From: an uncultured Gemmatimonadales bacterium
GTDB lineage: Bacteria; Gemmatimonadota; Gemmatimonadetes; Longimicrobiales; RSA9
Assembly: GCA_963708135.1 (NCBI GenBank)
Contig: OY970192.1
Span: forward strand, 3,392,001 to 3,456,000
Direction: 5' to 3'
Length of the DNA stretch: 64,000 nt
Shown: in pieces, positions 18,528-29,344 of the stretch
How positions within the stretch are numbered: the stretch's first letter is position 1
Layout of the letters: each line of letters opens with the position of its first letter
Notes under the pieces: model-generated
Told to the model about the DNA's origin: nothing
What the model saw: the letters and a program-made list of their open reading frames with translations, nothing else
The model's database searches: none
Position numbers and translations under genes: made by a program

Positions 18528-19397
18528 ATGGCGGCGCGCCGGCGGGGCGTCAATCGAGCGGCGGAGGCACGAATGGCGCGCGCGACGGCGCACGAGGTCT
18601 TCAACAGCGTGATGGCGTCCGCCCGCGCGGAGCTCGACCGCTCCTCGCTCGGCCTCGCCTTCTCCGGGCTGTCCGCGGGGCTCAACATCGGCTTCAGCTT
18701 CGTGGCGGTCGCCGCCGTGCTCGGCATCGCGGGCGCCGGCGGCTCCGGCGCGCTGCTCGCCGCCGTTGCGTATCCCGTGGGATTCATCATCATCATCCTC
18801 GCCCGGGCACAGCTCTTCACGGAGAACACGCTGACGCCCGTGCTCCTGGTGCTCGACGAGTTCACGCGCGAGAACCTGCTGAACACGCTGCGTCTCTGGG
18901 GCGTCGTGCTCGCATCGAACCTGCTCGGCGCGTTCCTCTTCTCGCTGCTGCTGGCGGAGTTCAGGATCGCGCCGCACATCGAGCTGGGCTGGCTGGTCGC
19001 GGCGGCGCGCGCGGCGTACGAGGGAGCCTGGGGCGAGCAGTTCGTGCGCGGACTGCTGGGCGGCTGGCTCATCGCGATCATGGTCTGGACGCTGCACGTC
19101 GGCGAGAGCGCGCTGGCGGAGATCGTCCTCGTCTGGATCGCGGCGTTCCTCATCCAGCTCGCCGGCTTCAGCCACAGCATCGCCGGCGCCGTGGAGGTGC
19201 TCTTTCTCGCGCACCAGGGGGTCATCACCTACCTTGACTGGTTACTGCGGTTCCAGATCCCGGTCACGCTCGGCAACATCGCCGGCGGCGTCGTCTTCGT
19301 GAGCCTCGTCAACTACGCCCAGGTGGTCGGCGCGGGACACGACGTCGAGGTCGCGGAGCGGCGTGAGGAGCTGGAGGCCGCGAAGGGAGAATCATGA
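18528..19397 (+). CDS. Formate/nitrite transporter family protein
   Basis: QLFTENT, SNLLGA, FSHSIAG, TLGNIAGG. Confidence 0.9.
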   Translation: MAARRRGVNRAAEARMARATAHEVFNSVMASARAELDRSSLGLAFSGLSAGLNIGFSFVAVAAVLGIAGAGGSGALLAAVAYPVGFIIIILARAQLFTENTLTPVLLVLDEFTRENLLNTLRLWGVVLASNLLGAFLFSLLLAEFRIAPHIELGWLVAAARAAYEGAWGEQFVRGLLGGWLIAIMVWTLHVGESALAEIVLVWIAAFLIQLAGFSHSIAGAVEVLFLAHQGVITYLDWLLRFQIPVTLGNIAGGVVFVSLVNYAQVVGAGHDVEVAERREELEAAKGES

Positions 19398-20131
19398 GGA
19401 GACACGCTTTCATCGTCCTGGCGCTCGCCCTCTCCGGCGGCGGCGCCGGCGCCGCGGCCCAGCAGCCGGGCGCGGGCGCGGCCGCCGCCCGGCGCCCGCC
19501 GCGCACCGTCACGGTCAGCGCGACCGCGAGCGTCCAGCGCCAGCCCGACCAGGCGGCCGTCTCGCTGGCCGTCGAGACCCACGCCGCCACCGCCAAGGCC
19601 GCCGTCCAGCAGAACGCCGAGCGCATGAACGCGCTCATGGCCACGCTCCGGAAACAGGGGCTCGCGGAGAAGGACATCCGCACGGTCGGCTACGACCTCT
19701 CCCCCGAATACGAGCAGCGCACCGGGCCGCAGACCACCCCGCCCAGGATCGTCGGCTACCGCGCGCAGAACACGGTGCGCGTGGTGGTCTCCGGCGTCGA
19801 GAAGGTCGGCCCGCTCCTGGACGCCGTCGTCGCGAGCGGCGCGAACCGCGTCATGGGGATCGACTTCCAGCTCGCGGATCCGCTGGCGGCGCGCACCGAC
19901 GCGCTCAAGGCCGCCGTGGCGCAGGCGCGCCGCGAGGCCGAGGCCGTTGCCGGCGCCGCGGGCCAGCGGCTGGGAGAGCTGCTCGATCTCTCCACGGGCG
20001 GCGCGGCGCCCCCGCCGCGGCCCATGTTCGCCGCCCGCGCCGAGATGGCAGCACCCACGCCGATATTGCCCGGTGAGCTCGAGGTCACGGCCTCCGTCAC
20101 GGCCGTCTACGCCCTGGAGCCGGCGGGGTGA
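19394..20131 (+). CDS. SIMPL (DUF541) periplasmic protein
   Basis: Signal peptide; TVTVSA..PDQA, GYRAQNTV, GANRV, AVAQARREAE. Confidence 0.88.
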   Translation: MRRHAFIVLALALSGGGAGAAAQQPGAGAAAARRPPRTVTVSATASVQRQPDQAAVSLAVETHAATAKAAVQQNAERMNALMATLRKQGLAEKDIRTVGYDLSPEYEQRTGPQTTPPRIVGYRAQNTVRVVVSGVEKVGPLLDAVVASGANRVMGIDFQLADPLAARTDALKAAVAQARREAEAVAGAAGQRLGELLDLSTGGAAPPPRPMFAARAEMAAPTPILPGELEVTASVTAVYALEPAG

Positions 20132-20661
20132 GCCTCCCCGCGCCGTGGCGCGGCCTTACGGAAAACGCCGCCCGGACCGAGGCGGCCTCCCCCGATCCGC
20201 GGCTCCGCGGGCGCACCTACGCCATTCCCTTCGAGCGCGTCTGGCGCGCCGCGCTGGCGCTGGCGGCCGAGCCGCCCGGCTGGCGCGTCGTCGGCGCCGA
20301 CGACCTCGAGGGAGTCATCCGGGCGGAGACCACCAGCCGCCTGTTCCACCGTCTGGCCGACGTGCAGATCCGCGTCACCCTCGACGAGAACGCGCAGACG
20401 CGCGTGGACGCCCGCTCCGCCTCCCGCACGGCGCGGGCCGACCTGGGCGCCAACGCCCGCCGCCTGCGCCGCTTCTTCCGCCGCCTCGACCGCGCGCTCG
20501 CCCGCGGCGCGGCAAGCTCCGGCTCCAGCTCCGGCACCGCTCCCGCCACCCCGCCGCCGCCCTCCGCCCCGCCGGCGCCGGTGCGGCGGACGGGCGAGGC
20601 AGGGACCGGCGCGACCGCTTCGGCCTCCGCGGCGCGCAATCCGGTGGCGGACCGCGCCTGA
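20128..20661 (+). CDS. DUF1499-like protein
   Basis: RVDARSASRTARADLGANARR motif. Confidence 0.75.
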   Translation: MSLPAPWRGLTENAARTEAASPDPRLRGRTYAIPFERVWRAALALAAEPPGWRVVGADDLEGVIRAETTSRLFHRLADVQIRVTLDENAQTRVDARSASRTARADLGANARRLRRFFRRLDRALARGAASSGSSSGTAPATPPPPSAPPAPVRRTGEAGTGATASASAARNPVADRA

Positions 20662-20666
20662 GCCGC

Positions 20667-21524
20667 ATGGACGTCATCGACTTCCACACGCACCCCTACC
20701 GCCCCGAGGACCTCGCGCCGGGCACGCGCGCATTCATCCGCGGCGTCTCGCGCGCGCTGGCCGAGCATGGCGATCGCCTGCGCGAGCCCGCCTACACCGC
20801 CGAGCTGCTGCGCGGGCAGGGGATCTCCCGCGCGGTCGTGCTGCCGGAGCACTGCCCCGCCACCTCGGGCAACGTCCGCACCGAGCGCGTGCTCGAGTAC
20901 TGCGCCGAGGTGCCCGAGTTCTTCCTCCCGTTCGCCTCGGTCGATCCGGTGACCGACCCCGAGCCCGCGCGGCTGCTGCGCGACTACGCGGCCGCGGGCG
21001 CCGTCGGGCTCAAGCTCTACCCGTCCTACCAGTTCTTCTACCCGAACGACCCGGCCCTCTACCCGATCTACGAGGCCTGCCAGGAGCTGCGGCTCCCGCT
21101 GCTCCTCCACATCGGCAGCTCCGTCATCCCCGGCACGCGCATGAAGTACTGCGACCCGATCCACCTCGATGACGTGGCCGTGGACTTCCCCGACCTCGCC
21201 ATCGTCATGGCCCACGGCGGCCGCGGCCTGTGGACGGACGCCTGCGGCTTCCTGGCCGCGCACCACTCGAACGTCTACATCGACGTGACCGGCCTCGTCC
21301 CCGAGCGGCTGCTCCAGCTCTTCCCCCGCCTCGAGCGGATCGCGCACAAGGTGGTCTTCGGCAGCGATTTCCCCGCCATGCCCCGCTCGCCCGGCGAGAA
21401 CGTCCGCACCATCGCCGGGCTCGGCCTCGCGCCCGACGCCCTGCGCCGGATCCTGCGCGGCACCGCCGCCCGCCTGCTCCGCCTGGACGGCGACGCACCC
21501 GCCGACGACCCCGGTGATGCCTGA
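20667..21524 (+). CDS. Amidohydrolase_2 family protein
   Basis: IDFHTH, GLKLYP, LLHIG, MAHGG, FGSDFP. Confidence 0.9.
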   Translation: MDVIDFHTHPYRPEDLAPGTRAFIRGVSRALAEHGDRLREPAYTAELLRGQGISRAVVLPEHCPATSGNVRTERVLEYCAEVPEFFLPFASVDPVTDPEPARLLRDYAAAGAVGLKLYPSYQFFYPNDPALYPIYEACQELRLPLLLHIGSSVIPGTRMKYCDPIHLDDVAVDFPDLAIVMAHGGRGLWTDACGFLAAHHSNVYIDVTGLVPERLLQLFPRLERIAHKVVFGSDFPAMPRSPGENVRTIAGLGLAPDALRRILRGTAARLLRLDGDAPADDPGDA

Positions 21525-22836
21525 GCTTCCCGGCACCGCCCTGTCCCCTGCGGTCGCCCGGCTCGAGGGGGCGCTCGTCGTCGCCTGCGACGACGCCGGC
21601 ACGATCGCGCCGCTCACGGTCGTCGTGGTGGGCGAGCGCATCGCGGCCGTGGGCGAGCCCGACGCGATGCGTGCGCGCTTCCCCGCCGCCGACGCCATCG
21701 ACTGCACCGGCCGGGTGCTCCTGCCGGGACTCGTGAACGCGCACCTGCACGCCGAGCTGCACGTGCTCAAGGGGGCCGTCGAGGAGCTGGGGCTGCACGA
21801 CTGGGAGGAGGCGGACGCCTTCGACGGCGCGCTGGGCGTGCTCTCCGCGACGGATGGCCGGTGGATCCAGCGCGCGGCGATCCGCGCCGCGCTGGCGGAC
21901 TCGCTGCTCTCCGGCACCACCGGCGTCGGCACCTACGGCGTGACGCTCGGCGCGGACGAGGTGGCCCGCGAGGAGATCCCCGCGCTCGGCCTGCGCGGGC
22001 TGGTCACGATCCGCGATCCCGGGTTCGGGGCCCGCGCCTACGACCCCGTCGTGCCGCACGTCTACCGGCTGCACGCGGAGGAGGCGCTCACGGAGGCGGA
22101 GCTCGCCGCGGCCGCGATCGCCCACGCGCGCGGCGATCGGCTGGTCATGCACGCCGCGGAGACCGAGCACCGCATCTCTCTGGCGCGAGAGCGCTTCGGC
22201 GCGAGCACGATCCGGCTGCTCGAGGCGCGCGGGCTGCTGTCCCCGCGCATGCTGCTGTCCCACGCCGTCCACGTTGACGAGGAGGAGCGCGCGCTCGTCG
22301 CCGCGCGCGGGGCACCGGTCCTCAGCTCGCCCGCGGCGGAGCTCAAGCTCGCCGACGGCATCGCCCCGGTGGCGGACTACCTGCAGCGCGGCGCGACCGT
22401 CGCGCTCGGCACGGATGCGGCCGTGTGCAACAACGGCAACGACATGTTCCTGGAGATGCGCCAGCTCGGCCTCGTGCAGAAGCTCCGCTGGGGCGCGGCG
22501 GCCATGCCGGCGGAGCAGATCTTGCGCATGGCGACCCGGCACGGCGCGCGCGTGCTGTACGGCTCCGGGCGCGCCGGGATGATCGCCGAAGGCAGGCTGG
22601 CGGACCTGGTCCTGGTCAACCTCGGCACGCTGCGAATGCAGCCGGCGGTGCACCGCGACGGCCACTCCAACGTGGCCGCGAACCTCGTCTACGCCGCCAC
22701 CGGCCAGGACGTTACGGACGTGATGATCGGCGGGCGCTGGATCGTGCGGGGGCGGCGCCTCCGGACCGCGGAGGAAGACGCGGTGGTGGAGGCGCTCGCG
22801 CGCGCGGCCACCGCCCTCTACGACCGGATCCCCTGA
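21517..22836 (+). CDS. Amidohydrolase (MTA/SAH deaminase-like)
   Basis: PGLVNAHLH, HAAET, SHAVH, LGTD. Confidence 0.85.
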   Translation: MPELPGTALSPAVARLEGALVVACDDAGTIAPLTVVVVGERIAAVGEPDAMRARFPAADAIDCTGRVLLPGLVNAHLHAELHVLKGAVEELGLHDWEEADAFDGALGVLSATDGRWIQRAAIRAALADSLLSGTTGVGTYGVTLGADEVAREEIPALGLRGLVTIRDPGFGARAYDPVVPHVYRLHAEEALTEAELAAAAIAHARGDRLVMHAAETEHRISLARERFGASTIRLLEARGLLSPRMLLSHAVHVDEEERALVAARGAPVLSSPAAELKLADGIAPVADYLQRGATVALGTDAAVCNNGNDMFLEMRQLGLVQKLRWGAAAMPAEQILRMATRHGARVLYGSGRAGMIAEGRLADLVLVNLGTLRMQPAVHRDGHSNVAANLVYAATGQDVTDVMIGGRWIVRGRRLRTAEEDAVVEALARAATALYDRIP

Positions 22837-22839
22837 GCG

Positions 22840-25338
22840 ATGACGAAACCCACCAGACTCCCAGAGCTTCCCCGCCGCCTCCCGGTCCTGCCGCTGCGCA
22901 GCACCGTCGTCTTCCCGATGGGCGCGGTCGGCGTGCAGATCGGCATGTCGAGCTCCCTCGAAATGCTCTCCGCCCACCCCGCCGACCCGCTGCTCCTCGC
23001 CCTCGTCGTGGCGCCCGGCGGGCCGGACGACCCGATCGAGGCCAGGGGGCTGCGCAAGATCGGCATGGCCGCCCGCCTCTCGGACCGGCTGAACCTCCCC
23101 GGCGGCACCGTGCAGGGCACCCTTCAGGGGCTGCAGCGGATCCGGCTCAGCGGCGTCGCCGAGACGGAGGGCTATTTCATGGCCCGCGTCGAGGCGGCAC
23201 GGGAGGAGCCCGCGCCGGAGGGGACGGCGGAGACGCACATCGCGCGCATCCTCATCACCCTCGAGGCGCTCTCCGCCGAGGTGGAGCGGATCCCCCGCGA
23301 GGTGCCGCGCATCCTGCGCATGAACGTGGCCGATCCGGGCCGCTTCGCGGACCTGGTCGCGAACCTGGCCAACTTCAGCGTCGCCGGGAAGGAGGAGGTG
23401 CTGCGCCGCCTCTCCGTGGAGGACCGGCTCCGCTACATCGAGGACGAGCTCGAGCGGCAGCTCGAGAAGGTCCACCGCATCCAGGAGCAGCAGAACGCCG
23501 CGGCCGCCGCCGCGGAGGCGGCGCCGGAGACGCCCGAGCCGCGGGCGCGCCCCGCGGACCGCGCGGAGGAGCTCCGCCTCGAGATCCACCGGCTCCAGGC
23601 GGAGCTCGGGCAGGTCAACCCGGTCGAGCGCGAGGCCATCGAGGTGCTCCGCCGGATCGAGACGGCCGATCTGCCCGCGCGCGTGGCCGCGGACGCCCGC
23701 ATCGAGGTCGAGCACCTGCGCGGCGCCGGCTCGAGCGCGGAGGCCACGGACAGCCGCAACGCCATCGAATGGCTGCTACGCATGCCCTGGCGCTCGCACG
23801 CCGCCGGCGACGCGTCCGGCCTCTCGCTCAAGCGCGTGAAGGAGGAGCTGGACCGCGAGCTGCTCGGCCTCGAAGAGCCCAAGGACCGGCTGCTCGACTA
23901 CCTCGCCGTCGCCAAGCTGCGAGGCGACCTGCGCGGGCCGATCCCCTGCATCGTGGGGCCGCCGGACTGCGGCAAGAACTCGCTCGTGCGCGCCCTGGCC
24001 CGCGGCCTCGGCCGCCCGCTCGCGACCCTCGAGCTCGGCAACCGCGGCGAGGCCCAGCTCATCGGCCAGCGCCGCACCCGCCCCGGCGCGCAGCCCGGCA
24101 AGATCGCGCAGGCCCTGCGTGACGCCGCCGTGCGCGATCCCGTGCTGCTGCTCCACGAGATGGACGAGATCGGCCTCGGCAAGGTCGAGGGCGACCCGAT
24201 CGAGGCCATGGAAGAGGTGCTCACCTGGGACGGCCGCGAGACCTTCACCGACCGCTATCTCGACCTGCCTTTCGACCTGAGCGACGTCCTCTTCATCGCC
24301 ACCGCGCACGACTTCTACCGCATCCCGCGCGAGCTGCGCGAGCTCATGGTCGAGATCCGCCTCGCCGGCTACACCCCCGAGGAGAAGGTCGACATCACGG
24401 AGCGGCGCCTGCTCGGCCGCCTGATCGAGGAGCACGGGCTCCAGGAAGGCGACGTCGCCTTCTCCGAGCCCGTCCTCTTCTTCCTCGCCCGCGGCTACGC
24501 CCGCGATGCCGGCCTCGGCGCCATGCGGCGCGCCCTCTCCACCCTGCTCCGCACCCGCGCCCGCGCGAAGGCGCAGGGCGAGATGGGCACCTGGGAGTTC
24601 GACCCCGACCGCGTAGAGAAGATCCTCGGCCTGCCCCGCTACGTCGCCACTCCCGCCGAGAGCGCCCCCGAGATCGGCGTCGTCACCGGCCTCGCGTGGA
24701 CCGCCGCCGGCGGCGAGCTCATGTTCATCGAGGCGCTCCGCATGCCCGGCTCCGGCCGCCTCATCATCACCGGCCTGCTCGGCGACGTCATGCGCGAGTC
24801 CGTCAACGCCGCCTACTCCTACGTCCGCAGCCGCGGCGATGCGCTCGGCATCAGCGAGGAGATCTTCACCGACCACGACGTGCACGTCCACTTCCCCGTG
24901 GGCGCCATCCCCAAGGACGGCCCCTCGGCCGGCATCGCCGTCACCCTCGCCATCGCCTCCAGCCTGGCCAACCGCCCCGTCCGCCACGACATCGCCATGA
25001 CCGGCGAGGTCACGCTGCGCGGCAAGGTGCTCGAGATCGGCGGCGTCAAGGAGAAGGTCCTCGCCGCCTACCGCGCCGGGCTCCGCGAGATCATCCTGCC
25101 GCGCAACAACGAGCGCGACCTGCGCGATGTCCCCGACGACGTGCGCGACAAGATCGAGTTCCACTACGTCAACCGCATGGACGACGTGGTGAAGCTCGCG
25201 CTGCTCCCCGCCATCGCGTCCTCGCGCGGCGGGAAGAAGGGCCGCCGCCCCGAGCCCAAGGAGCGGCGCGACGAGGAGGAGCCCCACCGCCGCCCGCGCA
25301 CCACGCCGCGGGCGGCCCGGAGCGGCGAGCGCGACTAG
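22840..25338 (+). CDS. lon: Lon (LonA-type) protease paralogue with degenerate AAA+ module
   Basis: LON_N domain, AAA-like region, intact PKDGPSAG and IGGVKEK Ser-Lys dyad. Confidence 0.9.
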   Translation: MTKPTRLPELPRRLPVLPLRSTVVFPMGAVGVQIGMSSSLEMLSAHPADPLLLALVVAPGGPDDPIEARGLRKIGMAARLSDRLNLPGGTVQGTLQGLQRIRLSGVAETEGYFMARVEAAREEPAPEGTAETHIARILITLEALSAEVERIPREVPRILRMNVADPGRFADLVANLANFSVAGKEEVLRRLSVEDRLRYIEDELERQLEKVHRIQEQQNAAAAAAEAAPETPEPRARPADRAEELRLEIHRLQAELGQVNPVEREAIEVLRRIETADLPARVAADARIEVEHLRGAGSSAEATDSRNAIEWLLRMPWRSHAAGDASGLSLKRVKEELDRELLGLEEPKDRLLDYLAVAKLRGDLRGPIPCIVGPPDCGKNSLVRALARGLGRPLATLELGNRGEAQLIGQRRTRPGAQPGKIAQALRDAAVRDPVLLLHEMDEIGLGKVEGDPIEAMEEVLTWDGRETFTDRYLDLPFDLSDVLFIATAHDFYRIPRELRELMVEIRLAGYTPEEKVDITERRLLGRLIEEHGLQEGDVAFSEPVLFFLARGYARDAGLGAMRRALSTLLRTRARAKAQGEMGTWEFDPDRVEKILGLPRYVATPAESAPEIGVVTGLAWTAAGGELMFIEALRMPGSGRLIITGLLGDVMRESVNAAYSYVRSRGDALGISEEIFTDHDVHVHFPVGAIPKDGPSAGIAVTLAIASSLANRPVRHDIAMTGEVTLRGKVLEIGGVKEKVLAAYRAGLREIILPRNNERDLRDVPDDVRDKIEFHYVNRMDDVVKLALLPAIASSRGGKKGRRPEPKERRDEEEPHRRPRTTPRAARSGERD

Positions 25339-25469
25339 AGGCGAGCCCGGGCGGGTGCGCGGCCGCCTCTCGATTCACGGGCGGGCCCGTGGTACCTTTC
25401 GCCCGCCCGTGCGCGGGACGGACCCCGCGCGCCGGACCCGATCCCGAGTCCGAGTCCCGAGTCCCGAGT

Positions 25470-27035
25470 ATGGTCTCCACGGCGCAGACCGCCGTCTCGA
25501 TCCTCTTCGGCGCCATCGCCGGCGGCGTGACGAACGCCGTCGCCGTGTGGATGCTGTTCCACCCGTACGAGCCGCCGAACGTCTTCGGCCGGCCGTTCCG
25601 GCTGTTCCAGGGCGCCATCCCGAAGAACAAGGCGCGCCTCGCCGCGGCCGTCGGCCGCACCGTCGGCACGCAGCTCCTGACCTCCGAGGACCTGGCCCGC
25701 ACGGTCGGGCAGCCGGGCTTTCGCGAGGCCTTCGACGAGCGGCTGTCCGCCTTCCTCGAGGGCGTCCTGGAACGCGAGTGGGGCTCGCTCTCGGAGCTGC
25801 TCCCGGCTCCGCTCCTCGCCGAGCTGCGTGTCGTGCTGGATGGCGCGGCCGAGGGGCTGCTCGAGCGGCTGGACGAATACCTCGCGGACGAGGAGTTCCG
25901 GGGCGCGGCGCACCGCTGGGCGCGGGATCTCGCGGACGAGCTGCGGGACCGGCCGCTCGCGCAGCTGCTCACCCCCGAGCGGCAGGCGGACCTCGCGGCG
26001 CGCGCGGACGGCTGGGTCGCCGACGTGCTCGGCGGCGACGGCTTCCAGCGCGCCATCCAGGACTACCTCGACCGCAGCGCCGAACGCCTGCTGCGGCCGG
26101 GGCGCACCTTCCAGGACCTCCTGCCGCAGGGCCTCGTCTCCGCCGTCGAGCGCGCCATCGGCGGCTACCTGCCGCTCGCGCTCGAGCGGCTGGGCGGGAT
26201 GCTCGAGCGGCCGGAGGTCCACGAGCGCCTCGAGCGCGTGCTGCACGAGATCCTCAACCGGTTCATGCGCGACCTGCGCTTCCACCAGCGCCTCGTCGCT
26301 TCCCTCGTCATCACCCCCGAGACCATCGACAAGGTGCTCGCGGCCATCGAGCGCGACGGCGCGGGCAAGATCTCCGAGCTCCTCCAGGAGCCCGAGATGC
26401 GCGACGCCACCGCCCGCAGCGTCAACGACGCCATCGTCGACTTCCTGCGCCGGCCCGTCAACGCCACCCTCGGCCGCCCCGGCGAGCCGAGCGTCGAGGA
26501 GGCCAAGGACACCGTCTCCGGCTGGGTCCTCGGCGTGGCGCGCGACGAGCACACGCGCGCCTTCCTCATCGAGCGCCTGAAGGCGACGCTGGCGTCCGCC
26601 GAGCACCGGACCTGGGGCGACCTCTTCCGCCACGTCCCGCCCGACCGCATCGCCGACGCGCTTGTCTCCGCCGCCCGCTCCGAGCGCGCGCGCCAGGTCT
26701 ACCGCGAGACCACGGGCCGCCTGCTCGACCGCGCCCTCGACCGCCGCATCGGCCGCCCCATCGACCTGCTCGGCGAGGACGCGGCCCTGCGCATCGAGCG
26801 ATCCCTCGCCGAGCCGCTCTGGGGATGGCTCCAGGCGCAGGTCCCCGCCGTCGCCGGCAGGGTCGACATCGCCGGCAAGGTCGAGGAGCGCATCCTCGCC
26901 TTCCCCACCGCCAAGCTCGAGGCCCTCATCCGCAACGTCACCGAAAAGGAGCTCCGCCTCATCGTCCACCTCGGCTACCTCCTCGGCGCCATGATCGGCC
27001 TGCTGTCCGCGCTGACGGGGTATCTGTTCCGGTGA
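25470..27035 (+). CDS. DUF445 family membrane protein
   Basis: GGVTNAVAVWMLFHP, QGAIPKNK, EKELRLIVHLGYLLG. Confidence 0.88.
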   Translation: MVSTAQTAVSILFGAIAGGVTNAVAVWMLFHPYEPPNVFGRPFRLFQGAIPKNKARLAAAVGRTVGTQLLTSEDLARTVGQPGFREAFDERLSAFLEGVLEREWGSLSELLPAPLLAELRVVLDGAAEGLLERLDEYLADEEFRGAAHRWARDLADELRDRPLAQLLTPERQADLAARADGWVADVLGGDGFQRAIQDYLDRSAERLLRPGRTFQDLLPQGLVSAVERAIGGYLPLALERLGGMLERPEVHERLERVLHEILNRFMRDLRFHQRLVASLVITPETIDKVLAAIERDGAGKISELLQEPEMRDATARSVNDAIVDFLRRPVNATLGRPGEPSVEEAKDTVSGWVLGVARDEHTRAFLIERLKATLASAEHRTWGDLFRHVPPDRIADALVSAARSERARQVYRETTGRLLDRALDRRIGRPIDLLGEDAALRIERSLAEPLWGWLQAQVPAVAGRVDIAGKVEERILAFPTAKLEALIRNVTEKELRLIVHLGYLLGAMIGLLSALTGYLFR

Positions 27036-27425
27036 TGCGGCGGCGCGGGGCGGTCCAGCTGGCGCAGGAGACAGCGTCTCCCCCGGCTTGGCGGTCGTCG
27101 TCCACGTGATCTTCAAAGGCGTTCCGTTCGCAGACGCTATGAACGCCGCCATCAAGTCCGTGGCGTGCTCATTAGCACGTACCGGCGCGTTGGCTCGCTG
27201 CCGGCCGCACCCTGGTGCATTGGCGCGCGGTTTCGCCAGGGCATCTCGTTTCACTCGCTCCCGGCTTACCTTGGGCGTTAGGTGACCACCGTCCCCTCTG
27301 GGGACGCAGGCGAAATGAAAACCGGGAGCGCACACGTGGAGACCGCTATCGCACAGCCACCGAAGCACTGGGCGCGGCGATCAGCATTGACCTACCTGAA
27401 GGCAGACATCGCAGTGGAGCGCCCA

Positions 27426-28415
27426 ATGAAGCTTCGCGTCCTGTGGTCGGTGGTTCCGATGGCGCTGCTCGTGCTCTCGACGGCTGCCGGATGCGTCTCG
27501 AAGGCGCACCCGCCGCAGGGGGAGGCGGCAAGTCCTGCGCGGCTGATGACACCCGGCGAACTCCAAGCGCTGCCGAGCTTGCCGCCGGACGAGCGAGTCG
27601 CGTACGGCAGTGACTCGAGTCAATTCGGCGAATTGCGCGTGCCGGCCGGTCCGGGCCCGCATCCGGTGGTGGTCCTCATTCACGGCGGCTGCTTCGAGGC
27701 GGCCTACGCGACCGCCCGCGACCTGGCAGCCATGGGCGATGCGCTCAAGGCGGACGGCATCGCGACCTGGAACATCGAGTATCGCCGGCTCGGCCAACCC
27801 GGCGGTGGGTGGCCGGGGACGTACCTGGACGTAGGACATGCCGTCGATCACCTGCGTGTGCTCGCCGCCGAGCACGCGCTGGACCTCAGCCGTGTTGTCA
27901 TTGTCGGGCATTCGGCTGGCGGACACCTGGCCATGTGGGCGGCGGCGCGCGCACGCGTGCCGACGGGGAGCCCCATTTCCACGGCAAGCCCTCTCCCGGT
28001 GCGCGGTGTCATCGACCTCGCCGGACCCGTCAACATGACGGCGAACATCCCACGATACCAGGCCCTCTGCCGGGACACGGTCATCACCGGCTTGCTCGGC
28101 GGCACGCCCGCGACGGTGCCGGAGCGCTACGCGCAGACCTCGCCGATCAAGCTGCTCCCGCTCGGGATCCCGCAGGTACTCGTCATTGGCGAACACGAGG
28201 AGTTCGTGCCCCGGCCGCTCGTGGAGGCCTATGCGCAGGCGGCCGCGAACGCCGGCGATCCGGTGCGCCTGATCGTCATCCCGCGCGTCGGCCACTTCGA
28301 GATCGCCAGCCCACGCGCCACCCCGTGGCCGCAGGTCGAGTCGGCAATCCGGGCCTTGCTGGATGGCAAGTTGCCTTCGGACGGCACGGTGCGCGGCGAC
28401 GGCCCACCGCGGTAG
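27426..28415 (+). CDS. Alpha/beta hydrolase (esterase), probable lipoprotein
   Basis: HGGC, GHSAGG nucleophile elbow, GHF; AAGC lipobox. Confidence 0.88.
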   Translation: MKLRVLWSVVPMALLVLSTAAGCVSKAHPPQGEAASPARLMTPGELQALPSLPPDERVAYGSDSSQFGELRVPAGPGPHPVVVLIHGGCFEAAYATARDLAAMGDALKADGIATWNIEYRRLGQPGGGWPGTYLDVGHAVDHLRVLAAEHALDLSRVVIVGHSAGGHLAMWAAARARVPTGSPISTASPLPVRGVIDLAGPVNMTANIPRYQALCRDTVITGLLGGTPATVPERYAQTSPIKLLPLGIPQVLVIGEHEEFVPRPLVEAYAQAAANAGDPVRLIVIPRVGHFEIASPRATPWPQVESAIRALLDGKLPSDGTVRGDGPPR

Positions 28416-28582
28416 GCCGCTAGCATGCAATCGACCGGAACCAGCGCGGTGCGCGACGTACCCTGGCAGCCACCCGCGTTACCGTAGCCGCCTGTGCTCG
28501 TCGGCGAAGTGCGCCGCCTGCGTCGCTGCTACGTCGCTCGCCCGCAGCCTATCACGACGTTGGACGGCGCTGGACGGAGCCG

Positions 28583-29314
28583 ATGACACGACCATTCCTC
28601 ACGGCACGCTGGGAGAGCCTGCTACTCCTGAACTACGATTGCCCGATCGAGTTGCTGACCCCGCTCGTTCCGGCGGGGACCGAGCTGGATTGCTGGGATG
28701 GGCAGCATGTCGTCAGCCTCGTCGGATTCCGGTTCCTCGACACGCGCGTCGGAGGGGTGCCGATCCTGGGTCACCGCAACTTCACCGAGGTGAACCTCCG
28801 TTTCTACGTTCGGCGTCGCCGGCCTGGCGGCGAGGTTCGTCGCGCGGTGGTGTTCGTCCGCGAAGTGGTGCCTCGACGCGCGATCGCCTGGGCCGCACGC
28901 CTGATCTACAACGAGCCCTACTCCACCGCTTCAATGTCGCACGTGGTCAGGCTCGATCCCCATTCGGGCGGGGTCCTCTCCTACGCCTGGTCGCTGGAGG
29001 GTGAGTCACACCGGCTGGAGGGAAGGGCGGAGGGCCCGGCGTCCACGTTGGTCCGAGGGTCGGAGGCTGAGTTCATCACGGAGCATTACTGGGGCTACAC
29101 CCGGCAGCGCGACGGCAGCACGCTCGAGTATCGAGTCGTCCATCCATCCTGGCAGGTCTGGCAGGGTCTGGACCCCGTGTATCGTGCTTCTTCCGGTGCT
29201 CTACTCTACGGACCCGGGTTCGCCGAGATCCTCTCCGGCCCACCCCGTTCATGCTTCGTCGCCGTGGGCAGCGAGGTCGAGGTCTATCCGGGGCTCAAAG
29301 CGAGCGCTGGCTGA
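28583..29314 (+). CDS. DUF2071 (YqjF-like) protein
   Basis: FLTARW, FTEVNLRFYV, FITEHYWGY, YRVVHPSW. Confidence 0.85.
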   Translation: MTRPFLTARWESLLLLNYDCPIELLTPLVPAGTELDCWDGQHVVSLVGFRFLDTRVGGVPILGHRNFTEVNLRFYVRRRRPGGEVRRAVVFVREVVPRRAIAWAARLIYNEPYSTASMSHVVRLDPHSGGVLSYAWSLEGESHRLEGRAEGPASTLVRGSEAEFITEHYWGYTRQRDGSTLEYRVVHPSWQVWQGLDPVYRASSGALLYGPGFAEILSGPPRSCFVAVGSEVEVYPGLKASAG

Positions 29315-29344
29315 CGACGCTACGTTGGACGCCGGGGAGGCATC

